A program made the translations under genes and the position numbers. The notes under the pieces were generated by a model. The model searched no databases, was not told where the DNA came from, and worked only from the letters and a program-made list of their open reading frames with translations. From contig NVUH01000015.1 in NCBI GenBank assembly GCA_002401855.1, forward strand, positions 10,231 through 74,230: a stretch of DNA of 64,000 bases, read 5' to 3'. This document shows positions 39,993 to 49,271 of this stretch, piece by piece (within the stretch, counting starts at the first letter, position 1; each line of letters begins with the position of its first letter). Source of the DNA: Hyphomicrobiales bacterium (GTDB lineage Bacteria; Pseudomonadota; Alphaproteobacteria; Rhizobiales; OSC116).

Positions 39993-41090
39993 ATGTCTAG
40001 TCGCGACATCCCCTCCCCGCCGTCATTAACACAACGCCTAAACAATTTGTTAGGCTATTTTGGCCTTTCAAAAACCAATAATTTCACTTTGCAAATTATC
40101 ATTATGCTCAGTATTTTGACCATAACTATAATATTTGCATTATCTACAGGGCGTTATCCAATTTCCTTCGATCATGTCGTGCGCATTTTACTGTCAAATA
40201 TATTTGACATTACCCCAGACTGGAAGATAGTCGAACAAAAGGTTGTGGAATTGGTGCGTTTACCGCGCATTTTAGTGGCTGGGTTATGCGGTGCAGCACT
40301 TTCTATAAGCGGCGCAGCCTTACAAGGCATGTTCCGCAATCCGCTGGTTGGGCCGCAAATCATTGGCGTATCATCTGGCTCAGCATTCGGAGGAGTGCTA
40401 GCCATTTTATTTTTATTACCTAGTTATTTTATATCCATTTTTGCATTTATTTTTGGTGTTATTGCCCTGCTGTTCACCATGGGCATTGCCCGCGCTGGCG
40501 GTGGCAAAAATATACTTTCCTTGGTATTGGGCGGCATTGTAACCTCGGCTTTTTTCGCATCATTAGTATCTCTAGCCAAATATGCCGCCGATCCAGACGA
40601 TGCCTTGCCTACCATTGTTTATTGGCTGATGGGTTCATTCAATGAATCTAGTTATTCTGATGTTGTATATATTTTAGTGCCCATCTTAACCGCAGGTGTG
40701 TTGGTTTATAAAATGCGTCATCTGGTTAATATATTATCATTAGGTGAAGAAGAAGCGCGCTCTTTGGGGGTCAATGTCGACCGCAGCCGATGGACAATTT
40801 TGTTATCAGTGGCAGTTATGATTTCCGCCACAGTTTCAGTCAGTGGGGTCATTGGTTGGGTCGGGCTTATCATTCCGCATTTCGCACGCATGATTACGGG
40901 GCCAAACCATTCAAGGCTTATCCCTGTATCCATGTTAGCTGGCGCAACTTATATGATTTTGGTCGATACGGTTGCGCGCACAGCAAGCTATGGCGAAATT
41001 CCAATCGGCGTATTAACCGCATTACTTGGCGCTCCCATATTTGCTTGGTTACTTTATCGCACTCAACTAAAAGGCTGGAGCAATGATTAA
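39993..41090 (+). CDS. FecCD-family permease (MolB-like)
   Basis: VRLPRI, FRNPLVGP, IGWVGLIIPH. Confidence 0.9.
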   Translation: MSSRDIPSPPSLTQRLNNLLGYFGLSKTNNFTLQIIIMLSILTITIIFALSTGRYPISFDHVVRILLSNIFDITPDWKIVEQKVVELVRLPRILVAGLCGAALSISGAALQGMFRNPLVGPQIIGVSSGSAFGGVLAILFLLPSYFISIFAFIFGVIALLFTMGIARAGGGKNILSLVLGGIVTSAFFASLVSLAKYAADPDDALPTIVYWLMGSFNESSYSDVVYILVPILTAGVLVYKMRHLVNILSLGEEEARSLGVNVDRSRWTILLSVAVMISATVSVSGVIGWVGLIIPHFARMITGPNHSRLIPVSMLAGATYMILVDTVARTASYGEIPIGVLTALLGAPIFAWLLYRTQLKGWSND

Positions 41091-41814
41091 AGTCAAAAAC
41101 ATTGGCTATAAATATCCTAAAGCTAAAACATCCATTTTTGAGGGCCATAACTTTGAGTTAGAAGCTGGTGAAATCCTTGCCATTTTAGGCCCAAATGGTT
41201 CGGGAAAAACCACACTGATTAAGTCTCTACTTGGTTTATTGCCAATTTTCGAAGGTGAAATTAAGATCAATGGCGTGCGTTCTTATGTGCCACAACATAC
41301 GCTAAGCCCATTCGATTATAGCGTTACAGAAATGGTAGTAATGGGTGCTAGCGGTCAGAATGGCTTATTCGCCGAACCAACCAAGGCTGACTTCAAAAAA
41401 ACTGATGAAGCCCTAGAGCAAGTGGGCATGCTAGATTGGCGGGATGAGAGTTTTTCACACTTAAGCGGTGGCCAACGACAGATGATTTTAATCGCCAGAG
41501 CTTTGGTTTCTAGTCCAGATATCATGATATTAGATGAACCGACATCAGCACTTGATTATCGCAATCAAGACAAAGTGTTACAAACTATGAAATATGTCGC
41601 CGATCAAGGCAAGGCCGTTATATTCTCTACCCATTGCCCCTTACAAGCCTTACATGTTTCACAAAAAACCTTGTTGGTCAAAAACAACACACCAAGCATT
41701 TTCGGCCTATCCAAAGATGTTTTGAGCCAAGAGAATCTAAGCAAACTTTACCAATTACCCATAGCCAGAGGCAGGCTTGAACAATCAGAAATTATTGTGC
41801 CTCTATATAGTTAA
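41083..41814 (+). CDS. ABC ATPase (MolC-like)
   Basis: GPNGSGKTT, LSGGQRQMILIARAL, LDEPTSALD, STH.P. Confidence 0.9.
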   Translation: MIKVKNIGYKYPKAKTSIFEGHNFELEAGEILAILGPNGSGKTTLIKSLLGLLPIFEGEIKINGVRSYVPQHTLSPFDYSVTEMVVMGASGQNGLFAEPTKADFKKTDEALEQVGMLDWRDESFSHLSGGQRQMILIARALVSSPDIMILDEPTSALDYRNQDKVLQTMKYVADQGKAVIFSTHCPLQALHVSQKTLLVKNNTPSIFGLSKDVLSQENLSKLYQLPIARGRLEQSEIIVPLYS

Positions 41815-41857
41815 TTTCTGAACAATCATAAACTTAGCCAATAAATAGGAGATTAAA

Positions 41858-42310
41858 ATGAGTATTCTAAATAAATTAGCATTAGCGGGAATGGCCATAT
41901 TTTTAACCACAAGCACGGCATTTGCAGAGCCAAGGCCAACAAGCTTGTTAGATCTTTCTACTTTAGCCAGCAGTCCAGTGTTTAACGACCAAGGCACAGC
42001 AACGCCATTGGCCTTCACCGATGACAAAAAATCTGCTGTTGTGGTCATTCAATTGCCACCACATAGCAAAGCGGCGGGCGCACATGCCACTAGCGATGGC
42101 CGAGTTAGATATGCCTTTGTACTTGCAGGCACATTATATTTTGCCGACGGCGATGAAGTTGATGAGTCTAAAGAGAAAGCTTACCCAACAGGATCAATTC
42201 TGGTCATCACCTCTGGAACAAAACACTGGGTCGCGACCCGTGAAGAAGGGCTGACATTAATGCTAACCGCTCATGCACCAGAAAACCTTGCCGCCAACGC
42301 ATTGAAATAA
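41858..42310 (+). CDS. Secreted cupin-fold protein
   Basis: Signal peptide, VLAGTLYF, YPTGS, G.KHW. Confidence 0.7.
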   Translation: MSILNKLALAGMAIFLTTSTAFAEPRPTSLLDLSTLASSPVFNDQGTATPLAFTDDKKSAVVVIQLPPHSKAAGAHATSDGRVRYAFVLAGTLYFADGDEVDESKEKAYPTGSILVITSGTKHWVATREEGLTLMLTAHAPENLAANALK

Positions 42311-42312
42311 CC

Positions 42313-42768
42313 ATGCCAATATTTAAGGATATAATCATGACCACCGCTAAAAACCAAACTTACCAACCAACGACAACCCTTGATATATCTGCAATGCCAA
42401 ATAATTTGATATTCGAAGATCAAGGCATCGCAACCCCATTGGCAATCAATGAAAACAACCAACCCATCATTGTGATGTTAACATTAAAAGCCGGTTCCAA
42501 AGCCAATAATGCGCATGCAACAAGCGATGGCAGAGTGCGGTTTTTAACGGTAGTAAAAGGTACATTATATTATGCCGATGGCAATGAAGTTGATCCCGCC
42601 AAAGAAATTGCTTATCCTGCAGGCTCAACTTTACTAATTGCCTCTGGCACAAATCACTGGGTTGCTTCGCATGATGGCGACGTAACTTTCATTCTCACCG
42701 CAGTTGAAAATGAAAATTTAGCTCCCTATGTAACTGCACAACAAAATGCGGCACAAAATAATTCATAG
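42313..42768 (+). CDS. Cupin-fold protein, paralog without signal peptide
   Basis: Shares DQG.ATPLA, AHATSDGRVR, GTLY.ADG.EVD and HWVA with the preceding gene; start may be 42337. Confidence 0.7.
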   Translation: MPIFKDIIMTTAKNQTYQPTTTLDISAMPNNLIFEDQGIATPLAINENNQPIIVMLTLKAGSKANNAHATSDGRVRFLTVVKGTLYYADGNEVDPAKEIAYPAGSTLLIASGTNHWVASHDGDVTFILTAVENENLAPYVTAQQNAAQNNS

Positions 42769-42777
42769 GTGAATGTT

Positions 42778-43785
42778 ATGAAAAACAACAAATTAAACGG
42801 CTATATATATGTGTCTGCATATAACACCGAATTAGCCCATAAATTCAACACTGAAATCGATCATCTGCGGCAATTTGGCTGGAATATTAGTGAGTTCGAT
42901 ACGCAAAAACCATCAGATGATGTGATTATATTATCCCATACCCAATTTAATGCCCAAAATTCAAACTCTCCTGCATTTATCATCATTTGCGAAGATGAAA
43001 ATCTGGCCAAGCAATATAATGCCATTTCACCAGATGGCTTTGCCATTTTATCAGCGCTTGATGGCGGTAAGATTGAACAAGCCTTGGTCAATTCAATAGA
43101 TATAGAGGTCGAAATTGATAAAATAATGGTTGGTTTTAATTGGACTATGGTCACCGCAGGCGATTATTGCGGCATTGCCCGCAGCCCCTCACGCGGTACA
43201 GAAGGTGCAAGAACGGTGCGGCCAGAGGGTGGTTTTGCAGGCAGAAGCCTGAAGTCTATCGCGCAAATGTTATATTCCACAGATGCCCTATCACGTTCTG
43301 TAGGATTGGCAGCAATAAATGCGTTTTGCAACCAGCCAGATAGTGACAAACAAGCCAAATCTAGCATGGCAAGTGGATTTAGCAGCATAGAAGCACCTGG
43401 CGAAGGAGTGGTGATTATTGGCGGTTTTAGAGGCGTTACCAAACGCCTAACCGCCGCGAAAATAGTAGAGCGGGAGCCAAGAGCAGAAGATGTACCCATA
43501 GAACAAGCCGCAGAAACCATTGCCACTGCCAAAACCCTAGCAATCACAGCACAAACTCTAATGAATGGCAGCCTAGAGCCACTATTATTGGCATCACAAA
43601 ATGTTAAACGCCGCATGTTAATTGGCCCATCTACGCCCTTGTCACCTATATTATTTGACTATGGCCTTACCGATTTAAATGGCATGGCAGTATATGACCG
43701 CGAGGCCATAGAGCGCTTTATCTGCGAAACTGGTACAATGATCATGTTAGATGGCATTATGCAAAGCAAAGGCTTAACAAAATGA
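42778..43785 (+). CDS. DUF4213/DUF364 (enolase-like plus Rossmann-like) protein with N-terminal extension
   Basis: VG.NWT, SVGLAAINA, IT..TLMNGSL..LL, IGPSTPLSP.LF..G. Confidence 0.8.
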   Translation: MKNNKLNGYIYVSAYNTELAHKFNTEIDHLRQFGWNISEFDTQKPSDDVIILSHTQFNAQNSNSPAFIIICEDENLAKQYNAISPDGFAILSALDGGKIEQALVNSIDIEVEIDKIMVGFNWTMVTAGDYCGIARSPSRGTEGARTVRPEGGFAGRSLKSIAQMLYSTDALSRSVGLAAINAFCNQPDSDKQAKSSMASGFSSIEAPGEGVVIIGGFRGVTKRLTAAKIVEREPRAEDVPIEQAAETIATAKTLAITAQTLMNGSLEPLLLASQNVKRRMLIGPSTPLSPILFDYGLTDLNGMAVYDREAIERFICETGTMIMLDGIMQSKGLTK

Positions 43786-44078
43786 CCAAACTCCCCCCCA
43801 AAGCAGTTTGTTACAAAACCACTAAATTATTTACACCCGAAAATTTACCTGATGTTTTTAAAAACAATCATCACACCAAGGCAGGTGTTTGGGGTAAAAT
43901 CACCCTAAAATCTGGTCGTTTAAGGTTGCAGCGTTTTGATGTAAATGACATCAGCAATTGCATTGCCGAAGAAATATTGAACGTCGGTGAAACCGCTGTT
44001 TTTGGACCTCAAGAGCCACATGCCGTACAATTTATAAAATCCGGCGGTTTTACCATTGGCTTTCATCATATTGAGTAA
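43782..44078 (+). CDS. DUF1971 / YeaR (TehB N-terminal) cupin-like protein
   Basis: T..FT...LP......HHTKAGVWGKI....G.L, PQEPH.V. Confidence 0.82.
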   Translation: MTKLPPKAVCYKTTKLFTPENLPDVFKNNHHTKAGVWGKITLKSGRLRLQRFDVNDISNCIAEEILNVGETAVFGPQEPHAVQFIKSGGFTIGFHHIE

Positions 44079-44083
44079 AATAA

Positions 44084-44923
44084 ATGAACCAAGACATCAC
44101 AATACGAAAATTCACCAATAGTGACACAGAGAGCTGTGCAATCATCTCAAATAAACTTGGCTGGCCAATGACCGTCAATGATTGGAATTTCGCCTCGGTT
44201 CTTGGGCTAGGCACAGTGGTTGAAAAGTCTGCTGAGCTTGTTGGCGTAGGTTTCATTTGGCCGTTTAAACCTGACCATTACACGCTTGGCTTGATGATTG
44301 TTAGTTCTGACCATCAACGGCAAGGCATTGGCAAGCTCATTATGCAGCATCTACTTGATGCGGCAGGTGAGAGCCAAATACGCCTTAACGCCACTATCAA
44401 AGGTTTACCGCTCTATCGTAAATTGGGGTTCAACGATTGTGGTTTCATCCACCAACATCAAGGATATCCGACAAAAATTCAAATGCCTCCAAACGCTAAC
44501 ATCCGAACAATGACTGCAATTGACTTTGACAATATATTGATTATAGACAAAGCTGCATCTGGCTTAGATAGAAGCACAATGTTACAGCTATTAGCAAAAT
44601 TCTCTTCAGGCATAGTAATTGAAAACCAACAAGGGATTTCTGGTTTTGCTTTCTGCCGAAAATCAGGATTGGGCGAAACAATTGGTCCCGTCATTGCAAC
44701 TTCGCCTGAAGATGCACAAGACCTCATGCATTATTTTATCAATCAAGCAGAAGGCTTTTTACGGATTGATTTAGAAATCGGAGCCGATTCTTATGGTGAT
44801 TTTTTAACCAAGGCGGGGCTTCCCATGGTCAACGAAATTGTTGCCATGAAAAAACTTAAAATGGATAATCCAACCACGCCAAATTCCAATATCATCGCAT
44901 TAGTCAGCCAAGCACTTGGCTGA
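44084..44923 (+). CDS. Two-domain GNAT acetyltransferase (YitH-like)
   Basis: QRQGIGK, L.AT..G.PLYRKLGF, IGPVIA, SQALG. Confidence 0.88.
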   Translation: MNQDITIRKFTNSDTESCAIISNKLGWPMTVNDWNFASVLGLGTVVEKSAELVGVGFIWPFKPDHYTLGLMIVSSDHQRQGIGKLIMQHLLDAAGESQIRLNATIKGLPLYRKLGFNDCGFIHQHQGYPTKIQMPPNANIRTMTAIDFDNILIIDKAASGLDRSTMLQLLAKFSSGIVIENQQGISGFAFCRKSGLGETIGPVIATSPEDAQDLMHYFINQAEGFLRIDLEIGADSYGDFLTKAGLPMVNEIVAMKKLKMDNPTTPNSNIIALVSQALG

Positions 44924-45159
44924 AAAACTCCCGCTAAAATTCCTCTACTACATCTTCTTTAGAGAGCATGAAATTAAAAGCTATTTCATATATTTGTTAT
45001 TAGAATAAATATAAACTATTGTTTTTATTGGTAATATTATATATTTTCATTGATTTTATTCCCTTCTTCTCTAGATTAAACAAGTAATTCGTATTGAGTT
45101 TCAAATTATTTAAAACAAAGCCTGAATATTGTTCTAGCTAAAAACAGGAGGTCTAAAAT

Positions 45160-46164
45160 ATGAATCTACATAACATCGTTCGGTTAAAATTAACCCATAT
45201 TGTGCTTATATTTACAACTTTATTAACGGTCACTTTCTCTTTCACTACAGCCTTTGCCCATGTGAGATGGTTTGTAAAAGCCGATGATCCAAATTTAGTC
45301 AACTACCCCATTTACTCATTCACTGACCCTGAGGTGTTAATCTGGATCGCCATTGGTATATTGCTCATTGGCGCCTCTATTTTTCTGGATGGAAAACTAC
45401 CAAAAATCCCCATCATTAAAAGCAAAAGCCGACATGATATATTGGAGAGTTTACGTATATTCACCGGAATGTCATTTTTACTAACCGCTTATGGTGGCGC
45501 ATTAATTGCACCACATATGCAAGCCTATGGCGGGTTTGGTATCGCTCTGGTTTTTCTTCAAGCCCTCATTGGTATTTTACTGATTAGCAACCATTTCATC
45601 CACCATGCTGCACTCATGATGTTGGTTTTATTCATTGGGGTTATGGTTCAATTCGGGTTTATCTTTGCGTTAGAATATTCCAATGTTATTGGCATCGCAT
45701 TATTCTTTCTGTTCAACCATTTGCCTAATAAACAGCTACAAGAACGCTATAAGCCCTACTCGGTTGACGTATTGAGAATATTTACCGGCATAGCACTGGT
45801 TACCCTTGGCGTTACCGAAAAACTATATGGCTCAGCGCTCGGCCAAGCCTTCATCACCAAATATCCTTGGAATTTTATGGATATGCTCGGCTTAGAATTT
45901 TTTACCGATCAAGTTTTCGTATTATCTGCAGGTATGATGGAAGTCATCATGGGTACAATTCTAATCCTCGGAACCACCACACGCCTCAACACTCTGGTCA
46001 TATCAATCTTCATGTTAGCATCTAACACAGTGTTTTTACTGGTTAATCAAAGCGACAATGCACTCATGGAATTGGTCGGACATATGCCGATTATCGCCTC
46101 GGCTGTTATATTGCTTTTCCTTGGTTATGGTCAGCGCCTAAAAATAACCAACCTCTTTAAATAG
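45160..46164 (+). CDS. DoxX-like multi-pass membrane protein
   Basis: AHVRWF after a signal-like segment, LRIFTG repeated twice, EKL, ELVGH.P. Confidence 0.65.
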   Translation: MNLHNIVRLKLTHIVLIFTTLLTVTFSFTTAFAHVRWFVKADDPNLVNYPIYSFTDPEVLIWIAIGILLIGASIFLDGKLPKIPIIKSKSRHDILESLRIFTGMSFLLTAYGGALIAPHMQAYGGFGIALVFLQALIGILLISNHFIHHAALMMLVLFIGVMVQFGFIFALEYSNVIGIALFFLFNHLPNKQLQERYKPYSVDVLRIFTGIALVTLGVTEKLYGSALGQAFITKYPWNFMDMLGLEFFTDQVFVLSAGMMEVIMGTILILGTTTRLNTLVISIFMLASNTVFLLVNQSDNALMELVGHMPIIASAVILLFLGYGQRLKITNLFK

Positions 46165-46195
46165 TCGGTTTATACATTTATGTTGGAGGATAATA

Positions 46196-46540
46196 ATGCC
46201 CAAAGTCACTCTGCCCTACTTTATCTATTGGTCAGTCGCCTGTATCTTTATAGGCATTTTGCTTGCGGCACAAATAATTTCACCAATGCCTGTAGAGGAG
46301 AATCACTCGACATATTTTATTCATGATCATGTTTTGAAACATGATCAGATTGAAGTCGATTTAAACAACGTCCCATCAATACAAATTGAGGTGTTGGAAG
46401 ATAATATGGCGGGCTAAAATTTAATTGTAACCACTAAAAACTTCACTTTCACTCCACAGAATGTAAACCGTAAAAACATATCGAATGAAGGCCACGCACA
46501 TATTTATATTGATGGAATAAAACTAACAAGGCTCTATGCT
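46196..46540 (+). pseudogene. His-rich exported protein, interrupted and truncated
   Basis: Frame continues past TAA 46415-46417: G*NLIVTTKNFTFTPQN...EGHAHIYIDGIKLTRLY, then runs into a recombinase fragment. Confidence 0.6.
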
Positions 46541-46545
46541 CACAC

Positions 46546-46745
46546 GAACGTGGTACAGGCATTCTAAATAATGAACTCTATATTGGTAAATTGGTTTGGA
46601 ACAGACTTCGTTATCTCAAAAACCCAATACAGGATTACGTAATTCAAGATTGAACCCAAAAGAAGAATGCATTACAAAAGATGTCACTCATTTAGGCGTT
46701 GTTTCAGGTGAATTGAGGGACGCAGCTAAAGACTGCCAGAACTCA
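46546..46745 (+). pseudogene. Large serine recombinase fragment (recombinase domain)
   Basis: ERGTGILNNELYIGKLVWNRLRYLKNP / frameshift / TGLRNSRLNPKEECITKDV..L.VVS.EL.DAAK. Confidence 0.85.
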
Positions 46746-46807
46746 ATCCATTCTATCGCGTCTATGACAGCAATGTCGCTATGGTGCGCAACAGGCGCCT
46801 CATATAT

Positions 46808-48487
46808 CTATTCAGTGGCCTCACCAAATGCACGTGTGACAATCGTCAGAACATTAGATCCACCACCAGATATCAACGGTGCAAGTGTGCCCCCACCGTC
46901 AATTTGGCCAGCATCAGCGCAATCCCAAAAAGCAGATTCATTGTTATATCTTGGAGAATTTGGGTTTAGGTCATCGCGTTCACATATGCCCCAATAAGCA
47001 TTTGCCACCATATCATAACGACGATTCGCGCGGGGATCTTGAGGATTATGAATCCATCGTACAGCGCTAGAGCCTCCATTAGGGTTTGTAATTTTTTTCA
47101 GACCCACAGCTTTTCTCAATGATACATTTGGCGCCACATCAATAGGTGCAATATTAGTAAACAACAATATACCACCATTATCATCTTCATTACCTGATGA
47201 ATTGGTCAATAGTTGCCCATTAGAGCCATAAAACATACGCGAAGCTACAACTAAGATATCTTCAAAGAAAAGCGCATCAGATGGTTCATATTTACCGTTT
47301 TTGGCATTCGGTAGTTTCACAGTGACGGTTCGAGCAATATTTAAGCTATCTTTTTCAAGAATCCAAATCTCGCCACTTTTACCAATCGCATACACATAGT
47401 GCTCACCAATTGCAATCTGCACAATCATCTCAGGCAGTATAATTTCATTTTCAACAATGAAGGTGAATGGGTTTATTTTAACAACAAGACCTTCGTCACT
47501 TCCTCTGTTGCGTCGACCAGCACCAAAAATATAATTCGAATTTGCAACGAGCTTCCATAGTTCAGAACCAGGAACTAACATCACCTTTGCTCTCAAAGTG
47601 TTTTTATTAACAATCGTTATTTCAGCACGTCTTGCATTCGAAACCCAAACATCCGTATCAAACTCGACCAAACTAGTAGACCACTCGCCGAGGTCAACAG
47701 ATTGGGTTTGTGCACCAGAGCGTGCGTTAACTTTAATCAGACTACTATTGCTAGACCCACAACTCTTTGACGCGAGAATCCATAAGCTGTCGTTTGCATT
47801 ATCTCCAACCATACCGTCAACGCATTCAGTAAATGTTGTCAGCGTCGCCATATTCCCATATCTATTATGTCGAATAATTTTTTTATCCGTTGCAATAAGT
47901 GAGAATACTTCGCCGTTACGGCCAACCACAAGCTCTATTGGCAGTCGCCCGACTTTATAGGTCCTTGCTACTTCGTGCGTATTAAAATTTATCTCAGCAA
48001 CAGTTCTCTGGCCACTATCAGCCGTCCAAATATTCTTTCCGTCATAGGCAATACCTTCAAGCCATCGGCCAGTTTTAATGAGTACGGGTTCAGCATTAAT
48101 AAATGTGGGTTCAGTACTAGTTGAACTTACGGTAACTGTATTGGAAGCACCACAACCAGCATCAGGAGAGGCATCACTAGGCCTAAATCCACACTCTAAA
48201 ACACTAGTTTTTATATCAAAGAAATTTGGTTCATTTGAATTTTTAGGCAATTTTGCTTCATCACTTTTACATGCCACAACTGCATTATTAAGCGCATCCA
48301 TAATGCTAAGGCTACGTGGTTGTTTGTCGGTATTTTCTTGAAGGCAAACAACATAAAATAGCACATCGATATCCGTGGAATGTGTGACATACTGCGCATC
48401 ACGTACATCATATGCCTTTGCAGATGTAAAAAGTAAAGCCTACGAAAAAAATAAAACCAATATTTTGGCCAGTCCAATAACACGCAT
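46808..48487 (-). pseudogene. Secreted beta-propeller (YncE/Vgb-like) protein with an amber stop in its signal peptide
   Basis: EGIAYDGKNIWTADS, VGRLP, DVWVSN repeats; ATG 48487 gives MRVIGLAKILVLFFS*ALLFTSAKA in frame with the 518-aa ORF. Confidence 0.65.
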
Positions 48488-48709
48488 TTTGATATTTCCC
48501 TTGGAATTTTACCAACACATTCCCCTGTATCAGCTTTGAATGTTGGGCTAGATAAACATATCAACTTGAAAGTAACAAGTTAATTCTTAGTAAAACACAA
48601 AACAATAACCCTCTATAATATATCAACAATTACGATTGATTTTACGTTAAATATCGCAACCGAAACCACATTTCAAGTATGACAAAATCCCACTTTCGAA
48701 ATAACTAGC

Positions 48710-48937
48710 ATTCTGTCTCCAAATCCAAACTACAATAAAGACGATACCCAAAGCCACCCAATGTCTATCACTTTAGTTGGAGACTTAACAGGTATCTTGA
48801 GCATAGCCACAAACGCAAAAAAGCCACTCAATCAGAGCGGCTTGTTAATGAAGGATGTGGCGCAAGTAGCGCAGTCTAACTTTAATAGGGAATAACCTGC
48901 GTATTCGCAAGTCAAGTTGGTTACGTGGCTAGGGTTT
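48710..48937 (+). pseudogene. Large serine recombinase C-terminal fragment
   Basis: ILSP...MSITLVGDLTGILSIATNAKKP...*...SQVKLVTWLGF, resembling the GDLAGIL and QVKLVAG.GF ends of tRNA-Met-targeting recombinases. Confidence 0.7.
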
Positions 48938-49020
48938 ACCCTTTTCCTGCGCTGCTATTCGTCACCCTTCGGGCTCAGTCAGCTTACTTAGGTTAAACTC
49001 CTCACTCCATTGCCAGACAC

Positions 49021-49087
49021 AAAAAAAGCCCCACTATGTGAGGCTTATATAATTTTGGTTGCGGGGGCACGCAACTATCATAGCTTG
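49021..49087. mobile_element. att-like scar matching the tRNA-Met 3' end
   Basis: tggttgcgggggca (49056-49069) is the reverse complement of TGCCCCCGCAACCA; preceded by hairpin aaaaaaagccccactatgtgaggct. Confidence 0.65.
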
Positions 49088-49271
49088 CTTCATTCAATTC
49101 AAAACATTTTAATTGGATACCTTCAGCAAAGGAAAAATATTGTTAGCTGGCATTCCACCAGAGCGTAATTTCAAAAACAAGCAATACACTCTCATAATTC
49201 AAACAACAATTTATCTCAAAGCATTTAGCTACAGATAATCACAAAAGATTGTATCTTAAATTCTAATTTAA

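Noticed and set aside
8556-48442. Several in-frame stops (TGA 8556, TAG 38389, TAA 46415, TAG 48442) suggesting recoding or an alternative genetic code
   Set aside because: All three stop types are involved, intact genes end normally at each, and most cases come with truncations; ordinary decay is simpler
49040-49100. Possible tRNA-Met gene
   Set aside because: Only 14 bp match the 3' end and there is no cloverleaf; treated as an att scar
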